A stretch of DNA of 58,293 bases from a bacterium (GTDB taxonomy: Bacteria; Myxococcota_A; UBA9160; SZUA-336), in the NCBI GenBank assembly GCA_041498295.1, contig JBGQIB010000005.1:1-58293 (forward strand). The letters are read 5' to 3'. The position numbers and the translations under genes are program-made. How positions within the stretch are numbered: position 1 is the first letter of the stretch; every line of letters begins with the position of its first letter. The notes under the pieces are model-generated. The model ran no database searches. It had not been told where the DNA came from and saw only the letters and a list, made by a program, of their open reading frames with translations. Shown in pieces: positions 38,096 to 47,525 of the stretch.

Positions 38096-38872
38096 ATGAA
38101 GCTCGACGAGCTATTTTCGGTGAAGGGGAAGGTCGCCCTCGTGACGGGCGGCACGCGCGGCATCGGGTTCATGATCGCGCGCGGGTTCGTGGAGAACGGC
38201 GTGCGCACGTACATCTGCTCGCGCAAGCAGGACGCATGCGCAGAAGCGGAGAAAGAGCTCGCGAAATTCGGCGAATGCCATGCGATCCCCGCCGATCTCG
38301 CGACCCTGGACGGCGCAGCCGTCGTGGTGCGCGAGCTCGAGGCGCGCGAGGCGGGGCTACACATCTTGGTGAACAACGCGGGCTCGAACTGGGGCGCGCC
38401 GCTCGACCAATTCCCCGAGGCCGGCTGGGACAAGGTCATGGATCTGAACCTGAAGTCGATCTTCTTTCTCACGCGTGACCTCCTGCCGCTCTTGCGCAAG
38501 GCCGCGACGCACGCCGACCCGGCGCGCGTGATCAACATCGGCTCGATCGACGGGCTGCACGTGCCGCTGCTCGAGACCTACGCGTACTCCGCCGCGAAGG
38601 CCGCGCTGCACCACATGACGCGCGTGCTCGCGCGCAAGCTCGCGCCGGAGAACATCAACGTGAACGCGATCGCGCCCGGGCCGTTCGAGAGTCAGATGAT
38701 GAAGGCGACACTCGACCGCTTCGGCGAGATGATCAAGAAGCAGAACCCGCGCGGCCGCATCGGTGAGCCCGAAGACATGGAAGGCACCGCGATCTATCTG
38801 GCCTCGCGCGCTTCCGCGTACGTGACCGGCACCGTGCTGGCGGTCGACGGCGGGAGCGTGACCACGATTTGA
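38096..38872 (+). CDS. SDR family oxidoreductase (RhlG-like)
   Basis: TGGTRGIG, NNAG, YSAAK. Confidence 0.95.
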   Translation: MKLDELFSVKGKVALVTGGTRGIGFMIARGFVENGVRTYICSRKQDACAEAEKELAKFGECHAIPADLATLDGAAVVVRELEAREAGLHILVNNAGSNWGAPLDQFPEAGWDKVMDLNLKSIFFLTRDLLPLLRKAATHADPARVINIGSIDGLHVPLLETYAYSAAKAALHHMTRVLARKLAPENINVNAIAPGPFESQMMKATLDRFGEMIKKQNPRGRIGEPEDMEGTAIYLASRASAYVTGTVLAVDGGSVTTI

Positions 38873-39861
38873 TCGCGCTCGACGACGCGGCCCTGCCCGC
38901 GTGGCTCGAGGCGCGCGGCGTGCTGCGCGCGGCCGGCGCGCGCGTCGAGGCCGCGGGCGACGGGAACATCAACTGGGTGCGGCGCGTGATCGCCGCCGAC
39001 GGCGCGCGCGTGGTCGTGAAACAGGCGCGCCCCGCGCTGGAGCGTTTTCCCCAGTATCAGGTCGACACCGCGCGCATCGTGTTCGAGGCGCGCTACGGGG
39101 CGGTGTTGCGGCGCACGGTGCCTGGACAGGCGCGCGTACTGCCGAAGCTCGTGCTCTTCGACGAGCCGGATCGCGCGCTGGTGATGGAGGACGTGAGTCC
39201 CTCCGAGAGACTCGACGCGCTGCTCGACAGCGGACGCGCCGAGCCCGCGACTCTGTTCGCGCTCGGCGAGTTTCTCGGCGCCGTGCATCGCGCGACGGCG
39301 AACGAGGCGCCGCTGCTCGCGCCCGAGTTCGCGAACGACGAGATGCGCCGGCTGCACGGCGAGCACGTCTTCAGCCTGCCCTTCGAGCCCAACGACTTTC
39401 CGATCGAGCCGCGGCTGCGCGCGCTCGCGGACGAAGCGCTGGCCAAAGCGCGGGTGCGCGCGGCAATCGCCGAGTTGCGCGCGCGCTACTACGAATCACG
39501 CGAGTCACTCGTACACGGCGACGTGCAGGCCGGGAACGTGCTGGTGCAGGGCGAGCGACCGCGCCTGCTCGACGCCGAGATCGCGCATGTCGGCGATCCC
39601 GCGTTCGATCTGGGCCAGGTATTCGCGCACGTGCACGTGCATCGCGTGCGCGCGCGCGACGCGAGCGCGTGTGAGGCATGTGAGAAGGCGCTGGTCGACG
39701 GCTACGCGCCGGAGCGCCCGGTGCTCGCGCGCGCGCGGCGCTATGCGGGGGTCGAGATCCTGCGCCGCGCGATCGGCGCCGCGCGCCTCGTCCTGCTCGG
39801 CACGACGGCGCGCGCCGAGCGCGCTCTCGAGCTCGGTACCGCGCTGCTTTCGGGCGAGTAA
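38869..39861 (+). CDS. Methylthioribose-kinase-like phosphotransferase
   Basis: GDGNINWV, VVKQARP, HGD, LDAE..GDPAFDLG. Confidence 0.7.
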   Translation: MIALDDAALPAWLEARGVLRAAGARVEAAGDGNINWVRRVIAADGARVVVKQARPALERFPQYQVDTARIVFEARYGAVLRRTVPGQARVLPKLVLFDEPDRALVMEDVSPSERLDALLDSGRAEPATLFALGEFLGAVHRATANEAPLLAPEFANDEMRRLHGEHVFSLPFEPNDFPIEPRLRALADEALAKARVRAAIAELRARYYESRESLVHGDVQAGNVLVQGERPRLLDAEIAHVGDPAFDLGQVFAHVHVHRVRARDASACEACEKALVDGYAPERPVLARARRYAGVEILRRAIGAARLVLLGTTARAERALELGTALLSGE

Positions 39862-39873
39862 GATCTAGAGGAC

Positions 39874-40779
39874 ATGCCCCGAGATCTGCCCCCCACGGCG
39901 GCGCTGCGGGCCTTCTCGTGCGCCGCGCGCACGCTCAGCTTCAAGGACGCGTCCGTCGAGCTGCATCTTTCGCCGTCGGCTCTCTCGCGCCAGATCCAGG
40001 GGCTCGAGGAGCATCTGGGTGTGCGCCTGTTCCGCCGCTTGAACCCCGGCCTCGCGTTGACCGACGAGGGCCGGCGCTATCTCGCGAGCGTCGACGCCGT
40101 GCTCGAGAGACTCTTCGCCGCGCAGGAGGCGTTCGCGCCGAAGCTGCGGCCGCTGCGCGTCTCGGCGCTCGAGTCTTTCAGCGCGAGCTGGCTCGTCCCG
40201 AATCTGCCCGACTTCGAGCGCGCGCATCCCGACGTCCAGCTCGAGATCGAGGCGACGCTGCGCTACGCAGACTTCGCGCGCGACGCCGTCGACGTCGCGA
40301 TCCGCTTCGGCCGCGGCCCGTGGGAGGGCTTGCACGCCGAGCCGCTCGTCGAGCTCGACTTCTTTCCGGTGTGCAGCCCCGCGCTCGCCGCGGGCGACGA
40401 CCCGCCGCTGCGTGCGCCCGCGGACCTCGCGCGCCATACACAGATTCATGTCGAGCAGACTCCTGGCGCGTGGCCGGCGTGGCTGCGCGCGGCCGGAGTC
40501 GAAGGGCTCCAGCCGCGGCGCTCGGTGACCTACGACCACGTGGCCATCGCGCTCGCCGCAGCCGAGTCGGGCCAGGGCGTCGCCCTCTCGACTCCGATCC
40601 TGTGCGAGCGCCGGCTGCGCGAGGGCCGATTGGTCCGGCCGTTCGAGAAGAGCGTTCGCTCTGCAGAGACTTACCACTTTGTCTGCCGCCCCGAGGACCT
40701 GGGCGATCGGCGCGTCGCGGCGCTGCGCGACTGGCTCGTGACTCGGCTTGCGTCCGCTGCAACCGCAGGTGAGAAATGA
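39874..40779 (+). CDS. LysR family regulator (GcvA-like)
   Basis: LRAF..AR.LSF..ELHLSPSALSRQI..LEEHLGVRLFRR; DVAIRFG. Confidence 0.9.
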   Translation: MPRDLPPTAALRAFSCAARTLSFKDASVELHLSPSALSRQIQGLEEHLGVRLFRRLNPGLALTDEGRRYLASVDAVLERLFAAQEAFAPKLRPLRVSALESFSASWLVPNLPDFERAHPDVQLEIEATLRYADFARDAVDVAIRFGRGPWEGLHAEPLVELDFFPVCSPALAAGDDPPLRAPADLARHTQIHVEQTPGAWPAWLRAAGVEGLQPRRSVTYDHVAIALAAAESGQGVALSTPILCERRLREGRLVRPFEKSVRSAETYHFVCRPEDLGDRRVAALRDWLVTRLASAATAGEK

Positions 40780-40818
40780 GCGTTTGCGGGGGCTCACACG
40801 CGACGCGAATGTCCGGGC

Positions 40819-41844
40819 ATGCAACAGCTGACGTGTGTCGAGAAGGGCAAGCTCGAGTGGCGCGACGTTCCGGAACCGCGGCTCGCCGCTGACTGCGAGG
40901 CGCTGATCCGGCCGCTCGCGGTCGCGCGCTGCGACATCGACCGCTTCCTCGTCTCGGGCGCGTTCCCGATCAAAGTCCCGTTCGCGCTCGGGCACGAGAG
41001 CGTCGCGGTCGTGACCGCGCTGGGCGACGGCGTGCGCGGTCTCTCGCTGGGCCAGCGGGTCGTCGTGTCGTTCCAAGTGAGCTGCGGCGCGTGCGGTCGC
41101 TGCCGCGCGGGACTCACGGCGCTGTGCGAGAAGCTGCCGGTGCTCTCCGACTATGGAATGCAGCCGCTCTCCGGGGTCGAGTACGGCGGGATGCTCTCCG
41201 ACGTCGTGCGCGTGCCGTTCGCCGAGGCGATGCTCCAGCCGATCTCGCCGTCCCTCGATCCCGCCGCGCTCGCGAGCGTCTCGGACAACGTACCCGACGG
41301 CTATCGCACAGTCGCGCCCCACCTCGCCGCGCGGCCGGGCAGCGAGATCCTGATCGTGAGTCACGGCACGCCGAGCATTCCGCTCTACGCGGCGCAGGCG
41401 GCGCTCGCACTGGGCTCGAGCCGCGTGCAGTTCGCGAGCGTCGATCGCGAGTCACTCGCGCTGGCCGAGAAGCTCGGCGCGCAGCCGATCGAGACGGACT
41501 TCAGCGTGAAGCCGCGCACGTACCCGATCGTCGTCGACGCCGGCGTGACGCAAGCGGGCCTCAACTACGCGCTGCGCGCGACCGAGCCCGAGGGCGTGTA
41601 TCAGAGCGCCAGCTTCTACCCCGGGCCGCCGATTCCCCTGCCGCTCGGCCGCCTGTACACGCTCGGCATCCGCTGCTTCATCGGCCGCTGTCACGCGGCG
41701 GCGCTCCTGCCCGAGGTCGTCGCCCTGATCGAGGCTGGCCGCCTGCGCCCTGAAGCCGTCACGACTCGGATCGTGGACTGGGACGCGGCTGCCGACGCGT
41801 GGCCCGAACCCGCGATCAAGCTCGTCGTGCGTCGGGGCCAGTAG
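40819..41844 (+). CDS. Zn-dependent alcohol dehydrogenase (MDR)
   Basis: RCDID, LGHE, CGACGRC..C. Confidence 0.9.
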   Translation: MQQLTCVEKGKLEWRDVPEPRLAADCEALIRPLAVARCDIDRFLVSGAFPIKVPFALGHESVAVVTALGDGVRGLSLGQRVVVSFQVSCGACGRCRAGLTALCEKLPVLSDYGMQPLSGVEYGGMLSDVVRVPFAEAMLQPISPSLDPAALASVSDNVPDGYRTVAPHLAARPGSEILIVSHGTPSIPLYAAQAALALGSSRVQFASVDRESLALAEKLGAQPIETDFSVKPRTYPIVVDAGVTQAGLNYALRATEPEGVYQSASFYPGPPIPLPLGRLYTLGIRCFIGRCHAAALLPEVVALIEAGRLRPEAVTTRIVDWDAAADAWPEPAIKLVVRRGQ

Positions 41845-41867
41845 CCTGGTGTAAGCTGCGCCTCCCG

Positions 41868-43181
41868 ATGGAGGCGAGCGAGGCGGTCGAGATGGTTCCG
41901 GTGGACGCGGTCGACGCCGCCCTACGAAACGAAGCCGCGTTCGCGCTCGAAGTGCGGCGCAATCTGCGGCGCAACTACATCGCGCACCTCTTCCACGGCC
42001 TGTTCGGCCAAACGGGCTTCCGGCTGGTCACCGCGCCGACGTTCATCCCCCAGTACGTGCACACGATCTCGGGCGGCTCGGCGATCTGGGTGGGAATCGC
42101 GCGCTCGGCGCAGTCACTCGGGCAGTGTCTCTCGCCGCTGTTGTCGGCGACGGTGATCGAGCACCGCCGAAAGGTGCTGCCGGTCGCCCTGCGCATCGGC
42201 AGCTTGGTGCGGCTGCAAGTGCTCGGCATGGCGCTGGCGGGCTTCTTCCTCGGCTCGGGCCAGAACCTGGCCGCGGTCTGCGTGTTTCTCGGCCTGTTCG
42301 GTTTCTTCATGGGCATGCAGGGAGTCACCTTCAACTTCCTGATGGCCAAAGTGATCCCGGTCGAGGTGCGCGGCCGGCTCTCGGGTCTGCGCAACGCGCT
42401 CGCGGGCATCACGTCGTCGAGCGTCGGGTATCTCTCGGGCGCCTACTTCGTGCAGCACGACACACTCGGGAACGGCTACGCGACCACGTTCCTGGTCGCG
42501 TTCCTGCTGACCGAGATCGGCCTCTTGATGATGTGGTTCATCCGCGAGCCCGAGTCACCCGGCGTGCGCGAGCGCATGGGAGTCACGACGCGGCTGCGCG
42601 ACCTGCCGCCGCTGGTGCGCGCCGACCCGAACTTCGGCGTGTTCCTGTTCGCGTGCGTGCTCGGCAGCCTGGGCCGGATCGCCATGCCGTACTACGTGCT
42701 GTACGCGGGCGAGCGGCTGCACATCGGCGGCAGCGAGCTCGGCGTATTGACCGCCGCGTTCCTGCTCTCGTCCACGGTGCTGAACCTGTTCTGGGGCTCG
42801 GTCGCGGATCGCATGGGCTTCCGCGCGGTGTTTCTCGGCTCGCTCGGCGTCTGGATCGCGGGCACGCTCGCTCTACTCAAGGCAGACACCTTCTTGGGTG
42901 TCGTCGGCGTCTTCGTCGCCGTCGGCACCGGCTCGGGCGGCTTCATGATGGGACAGCAGAATCTGGTGCTCGAGTTCGGCCGGCGCGAGGACTTGCCGCT
43001 GCGCATCGGCGCCGCGAACTCCACGACCGAGGCGATGGGGGTGATCGCGCCGCTCGCGGGCGGAGTCATCGCCACGCGCTACTCGTTCGCGGCGGTGTTC
43101 GCGTGCGCGATCGTGTTCAAGCTCGCCGCGGCCGCACTGATCCAGCTCCGTTTGCGCGAGCCGCGCCAGACGGCTGCCTGA
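41868..43181 (+). CDS. MFS transporter
   Basis: About 12 hydrophobic segments; WGSVADRMG, RGRLSG motifs. Confidence 0.85.
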   Translation: MEASEAVEMVPVDAVDAALRNEAAFALEVRRNLRRNYIAHLFHGLFGQTGFRLVTAPTFIPQYVHTISGGSAIWVGIARSAQSLGQCLSPLLSATVIEHRRKVLPVALRIGSLVRLQVLGMALAGFFLGSGQNLAAVCVFLGLFGFFMGMQGVTFNFLMAKVIPVEVRGRLSGLRNALAGITSSSVGYLSGAYFVQHDTLGNGYATTFLVAFLLTEIGLLMMWFIREPESPGVRERMGVTTRLRDLPPLVRADPNFGVFLFACVLGSLGRIAMPYYVLYAGERLHIGGSELGVLTAAFLLSSTVLNLFWGSVADRMGFRAVFLGSLGVWIAGTLALLKADTFLGVVGVFVAVGTGSGGFMMGQQNLVLEFGRREDLPLRIGAANSTTEAMGVIAPLAGGVIATRYSFAAVFACAIVFKLAAAALIQLRLREPRQTAA

Positions 43182-43191
43182 CGCTAGACTT

Positions 43192-45630
43192 TTGATCGTG
43201 TCGCCGCTGACTAGACTCGCCGTCGTTCTCTGCGCGTCGTGGCTCGCGCTCGTGCCGCGCGCTCGAGCCGACCTCGCACCGCCTCCGACGCCGGCGCCCG
43301 AGGAGGTCAGCACCGCCGCGGCGACGATCGCCGCCCCGGAGATCGTGACTCGCGCCGAGGAGGCGAAGGCGCTCGTGCGCCGCATCGCCGAGCAGACCTC
43401 CGACGACGGCGTGCAGCGCGAGATCGAGGAGAAGCTCCCGGAGACGGCGAGGAAGCTGCGCGAGCGTACGGCGCGCGCCGACGAGATGCTCGAGCTCTCA
43501 CCGACCTTCGACGCGGTGAACGACCTCAGCAACGAGTGGCGCGCGCGCGCGCAGAGACTCGCCGACTGGCGCCTCGCGCTGACGAAGAGTGCGCAGCTGA
43601 TCGAGACCGACCTCGTGCTCCTGCAACAGGAGCGCGTGGTCTGGGAGCGGACGCGCGATGCGCCCGAGGCGGCCGCGCTCCCGCTCGGGACGCGCGCGCG
43701 CGTGAACGAGACGATCGAGGCGCTAGCGCACGCCGAGCACACGGTGCAGCGCCAGCGCAGCTCGATCCTGACTCTGCAGAACGAGGTCGCCGGGGAGGAG
43801 CTCGTCGTGCGCGCCATGGTCGACCGCGTCGCGAAGCAGCGCGACGACCTCGACAAGCGTTTGTTCCTGCGCGACGCGCCACCCCTCTGGAGCCTGCAAG
43901 CCTACGCGCCGTCGGGTGACTCGACATTCGTGCCCGAGAAGATGCGCGCCGCGGTCGAGCGCAAGCTCGATCTGCTCCAGGAGTTCGCGAGTCTTTCCCT
44001 CTCGCGCCTCGAGCTCGAAGCGCTGTTCTTCGCGCTCGTGCTCGGCGCGCTGCTGCTCTCGCGCCGGCGCGTGCTCGCGTCCCCAGAGGTGCAGACCGAC
44101 CCCGCCCTCGCGGTGCCGACGCGAATCTTCGACCGGCCGATCTCCGCGGCGCTCGTCGTGTCGATCGCGTGGGCGGCGTGGCTCTTGCCGCGCGCGCCGG
44201 GCGTTTTGGCGGAGGCGGAAGCGCTGGTCCTACTCGTTCCGGTGTTGCGACTCCTGCCGACGGAGCTCTACGGCGAGCTGCGGCCCGGGCTCATCGGCCT
44301 GGCGCTGCTCTTCGTTGTCGGCTCGGCGCGCGGGTTCTTCTCGCTCGTGCCGACGGTGGAGCGCTTCCTGCTCCTGCCCGAGACACTCGGCACGCTCGCG
44401 CTTCTCTACTGGCTGCAGCGCCCCGAGCGCGCGCAGCGGTTCCGGAGGATCGGCGTGTTCGGCCCCTTGGTGGCGCCCGCGGCGCGCGTCGCGCTCGCGC
44501 TCTGCCTGGGCGCGGTGCTGTGCAACGTGCTCGGGCTCGTGCTTCTCTCGCGCCTGCTGTTGCGCGGCATCCTCGCGAGCATCTACGGCGCGGTCGCGAT
44601 CTACGCGCTGCTGCGTTTCGCGAGCGGCGTAGTGACTGCGCTGCTGCGCAGCGAGCCTGTGCGCCGCCTGAGACTCGTGCGCGACCACGGCGAGCTGGTA
44701 CGGCGGCGCGCGCTCGCGATCCTACACTGGGTCGGCGCGATCGCTTGGGTGCTCAGCTCGCTGCGCGTCGTCGGGCTACAGGACAATCTGACCTCCGCAG
44801 TCACGAGCGTGCTGAGCGCGAGACTCGAAGTCGGCGCGCTGTCCGTCAGCCTCGGCAACGTCATCGCGTTCTTCTTCACGATCTGGTTCACGATCCAGAT
44901 CTCGCGCTTCCTGCGTTTCGTGCTCGAGCAAGACGTGCTGCCCCGCATCGAGCTGCCGCGCGGGGTGCCCGCGGCGATCTCTACGGGCGCGCACTACGCG
45001 ATCCTCGCGGCGGGCTTCGTCATCGCGATCGGCGCGGCCGGCGTCGACCTGTCGAAGTTCGGCCTGGTCGCGGGCGCGCTCGGCGTCGGGATCGGTTTCG
45101 GCCTTCAGAACGTCGTAAACAATTTTGTGTCGGGTCTGATTCTTCTGTTCGAACGACCGGTGCAGACCGGCGACATGATCGAGGTCGGCACGCTGCAGGG
45201 CGAGGTCCGGCGCATCGGCATCCGCTCGAGCACCGTGCGCACGTTCGAGGGCGCGGACGTGATCGTGCCCAACGCGAGTCTCATCTCCGAGAGAGTCGTG
45301 AACTGGACGTTCAGCGATCGCACGCGCCGCATCGATCTTCCAGTCGGCGTCGCGTACGGCTCGGACCCGACGAAGGTGATTGCGCTCTTGGTCGCGACCG
45401 CGCGCGGGAGCTCCGAGGTGCTGTCACTCCCCGAGCCGGTCGCGCTCTTCGTCGGCTTCGGCAACAGCTCGCTCGATTTCCAGCTGCGCGTCTGGTGCCG
45501 CTTCGAGCTCGGACCGCGCGTGAAGAGCGAGCTCGGCATCGCGCTGCACGCTGCGCTGCGCGGCGCGGGCATCGAGATCCCGTTCCCGCAACAGGACGTG
45601 CACCTGAAAGTGGAGCCGCCGGGGTCCTGA
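43192..45630 (+). CDS. Large MscS/MscK-family mechanosensitive channel
   Basis: GALGVGIGFGLQNVVNNFVSGLILLFERP, GIEIPFPQQDVH; periplasmic coiled coil. Confidence 0.92.
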   Translation: MIVSPLTRLAVVLCASWLALVPRARADLAPPPTPAPEEVSTAAATIAAPEIVTRAEEAKALVRRIAEQTSDDGVQREIEEKLPETARKLRERTARADEMLELSPTFDAVNDLSNEWRARAQRLADWRLALTKSAQLIETDLVLLQQERVVWERTRDAPEAAALPLGTRARVNETIEALAHAEHTVQRQRSSILTLQNEVAGEELVVRAMVDRVAKQRDDLDKRLFLRDAPPLWSLQAYAPSGDSTFVPEKMRAAVERKLDLLQEFASLSLSRLELEALFFALVLGALLLSRRRVLASPEVQTDPALAVPTRIFDRPISAALVVSIAWAAWLLPRAPGVLAEAEALVLLVPVLRLLPTELYGELRPGLIGLALLFVVGSARGFFSLVPTVERFLLLPETLGTLALLYWLQRPERAQRFRRIGVFGPLVAPAARVALALCLGAVLCNVLGLVLLSRLLLRGILASIYGAVAIYALLRFASGVVTALLRSEPVRRLRLVRDHGELVRRRALAILHWVGAIAWVLSSLRVVGLQDNLTSAVTSVLSARLEVGALSVSLGNVIAFFFTIWFTIQISRFLRFVLEQDVLPRIELPRGVPAAISTGAHYAILAAGFVIAIGAAGVDLSKFGLVAGALGVGIGFGLQNVVNNFVSGLILLFERPVQTGDMIEVGTLQGEVRRIGIRSSTVRTFEGADVIVPNASLISERVVNWTFSDRTRRIDLPVGVAYGSDPTKVIALLVATARGSSEVLSLPEPVALFVGFGNSSLDFQLRVWCRFELGPRVKSELGIALHAALRGAGIEIPFPQQDVHLKVEPPGS

Positions 45631-45744
45631 CTGGCTTGTCCGAACGGACAGGCTTTGTTGAAAGTTCAAGGCGCCGCGTGGTACAGAACCGGGGTCGTAC
45701 CCGAGCCGCCTACCGGATTGGGCGCGCTCCAACAGGAAGAGAAC

Positions 45745-46356
45745 ATGCTGGAAAACGTTGAACGTCCTCCGCGTCGCTCGCGCGCCGAGTCGAAGGAAGC
45801 CACGCGCCAGGCTCTGCTCGAGGCGGGACTCGCGGAGCTGATCGAGCACGGTCTCGACGTGCCGAGCCTCGACGCCATCTGCGCCCGCGCCGGTTACACG
45901 CGCGGTGCGTTCTACGTGCACTTCAAGGACCGCGAGGACTTCTTCGTGGCCGTCATGGACTGGGCATTGTCGGGCATCCTGCTCGGCGTCGTCGGTGCGA
46001 ATGGGCACACGGACCTGCGCTCCGCCGTGTCGCGCTTCGCCAGCTACATGAGCCATCGTGAGTGGCCGGTCGTCGGGAAGTATCCGCTCGCATCGCATCG
46101 CCTGATCGAAGCGATCTCGCGCTCGGAACAGCTCAAGGCGCGCTGGGCCGAGGTGTTTCGCAAGATCGTCGAGGGAATGGCGGCGTTGATCGCGCGCGCG
46201 CAGGAGCGCGGCGAGGCGCGCAAGTCGCTGAACCCGCACGATGCGGCCGAGGCGATCGTGACCATGGGACTCGGCGCGATGGGCCTGCAGGACACGGGTG
46301 TCACCCGCCCCGAGAGCCAACTCATCGCTTCGGTCATGGCGCTGCTCAGCGAGTAG
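45745..46356 (+). CDS. TetR/AcrR family regulator
   Basis: SLDAICARAGYTRGAFYVHFKDRED. Confidence 0.9.
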   Translation: MLENVERPPRRSRAESKEATRQALLEAGLAELIEHGLDVPSLDAICARAGYTRGAFYVHFKDREDFFVAVMDWALSGILLGVVGANGHTDLRSAVSRFASYMSHREWPVVGKYPLASHRLIEAISRSEQLKARWAEVFRKIVEGMAALIARAQERGEARKSLNPHDAAEAIVTMGLGAMGLQDTGVTRPESQLIASVMALLSE

Positions 46357-46415
46357 TCCGCGCCGACGCCACGGCCCTGGCGGCGCAGGCGAATTTCAGT
46401 TGGAATCCGCCCCGC

Positions 46416-47510
46416 ATGAGGGTCGGGGGGATGCTTGCGGGGCTGTTCGTCGCGCTGGCTACCGGCGCGCGGGCGGAGTCCATGGTGATCCTCGGGCAGA
46501 GCATCGCGCCCGGCGAGACACGGCGCCTCGCGCTGCCGGTCGGCGAGTCGGTCGGCGGCGAGGTCTCGACCCCGGTGATCGTGGTCGCAGGTGAGCGCCC
46601 CGGCCCGGTCGTGTGTCTCACCGGCGGCATCCACGGCGACGAGCTGAACGGAGTCGAGGTCGTGCGGCGCTCCGTCGAGGGCGCGAAGCCGGCGGAGCTG
46701 CGCGGAACACTCGTCGGTGTACCCATCGTGAATCTGGCCGCGTTCCGCCGCGGCTCGCGCTATCTGCCGGATCGCCGCGACCTGAACCGCTTCTTCCCGG
46801 GCAGCGCCCGCGGCAGCTCGGCGGCGCGCTTGGCAAGGCGACTCTTCGACGAAGTGGTGCGGCGCTGCAACGCGGTCGTCGACGTGCACTCGGGCTCGTT
46901 CCACCGCACGAACCTGCCGCAGGTGCGCGGTGACTTGCGCAAGCCCGAAGTGCTGCGCCTGGCCAAGACGTTCGGCAGTCAGCTCGCGATTCACAACGAG
47001 GGCCGCGCGGGAACCCTGCGCCGCGCGGCGACGGATGCGGGGATTCCGGCGATCGCCTACGAAGCGGGCGAACCCATGCGCTTTCAAGAGGACGCCATCG
47101 ACCGCGGCGTGCGCGGCGTACAGCAGCTGCTCGTCGGGCTCGACATGCTGCCGCCGACCGGCGCCGCCACGCCGGCGCCGGCGATCTACTTCCGCTCGCG
47201 CTGGGTGCGCTCGGACGAGGGCGGGATCCTCTCCGCGCGCGCGCGTCTGGGCGACGTGGTGCAGCGGAACCAAGTGCTCGGCACGGTCTTCGACCCGATC
47301 TCGAATCAGAAGTCCAAGATCCGCGCGCCCGAGCAGGGCCGCGTGATCGGCGTCGCGCTCGATCAGCTCGTGATGCCCGGCTACGCCGCATTCCACATCG
47401 CGAGCGAGGGCGCGCCCGAGAACGGCGCCGCGCCGCCGGCCGCCGCGCTGCCCAGCGTTGACGACGGGACGGACCCGACCCGCGCCGAGCTCGAGGAGCG
47501 TCCCGATTAG
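46416..47510 (+). CDS. Succinylglutamate desuccinylase/aspartoacylase (M14 AstE-like) with signal peptide
   Basis: IHGDELNG, DLNRFFPG, DVHSG, YEAGEP; N-terminal AxA signal. Confidence 0.9.
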   Translation: MRVGGMLAGLFVALATGARAESMVILGQSIAPGETRRLALPVGESVGGEVSTPVIVVAGERPGPVVCLTGGIHGDELNGVEVVRRSVEGAKPAELRGTLVGVPIVNLAAFRRGSRYLPDRRDLNRFFPGSARGSSAARLARRLFDEVVRRCNAVVDVHSGSFHRTNLPQVRGDLRKPEVLRLAKTFGSQLAIHNEGRAGTLRRAATDAGIPAIAYEAGEPMRFQEDAIDRGVRGVQQLLVGLDMLPPTGAATPAPAIYFRSRWVRSDEGGILSARARLGDVVQRNQVLGTVFDPISNQKSKIRAPEQGRVIGVALDQLVMPGYAAFHIASEGAPENGAAPPAAALPSVDDGTDPTRAELEERPD

Positions 47511-47525
47511 CAGCGGGGCTCGCGC

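Noticed and set aside
45637-45669. Inverted repeats TGTCCG-AA-CGGACA and TTGAA-AG-TTCAA upstream of tetR
   Set aside because: Single instances; cannot tell operator from terminator or chance
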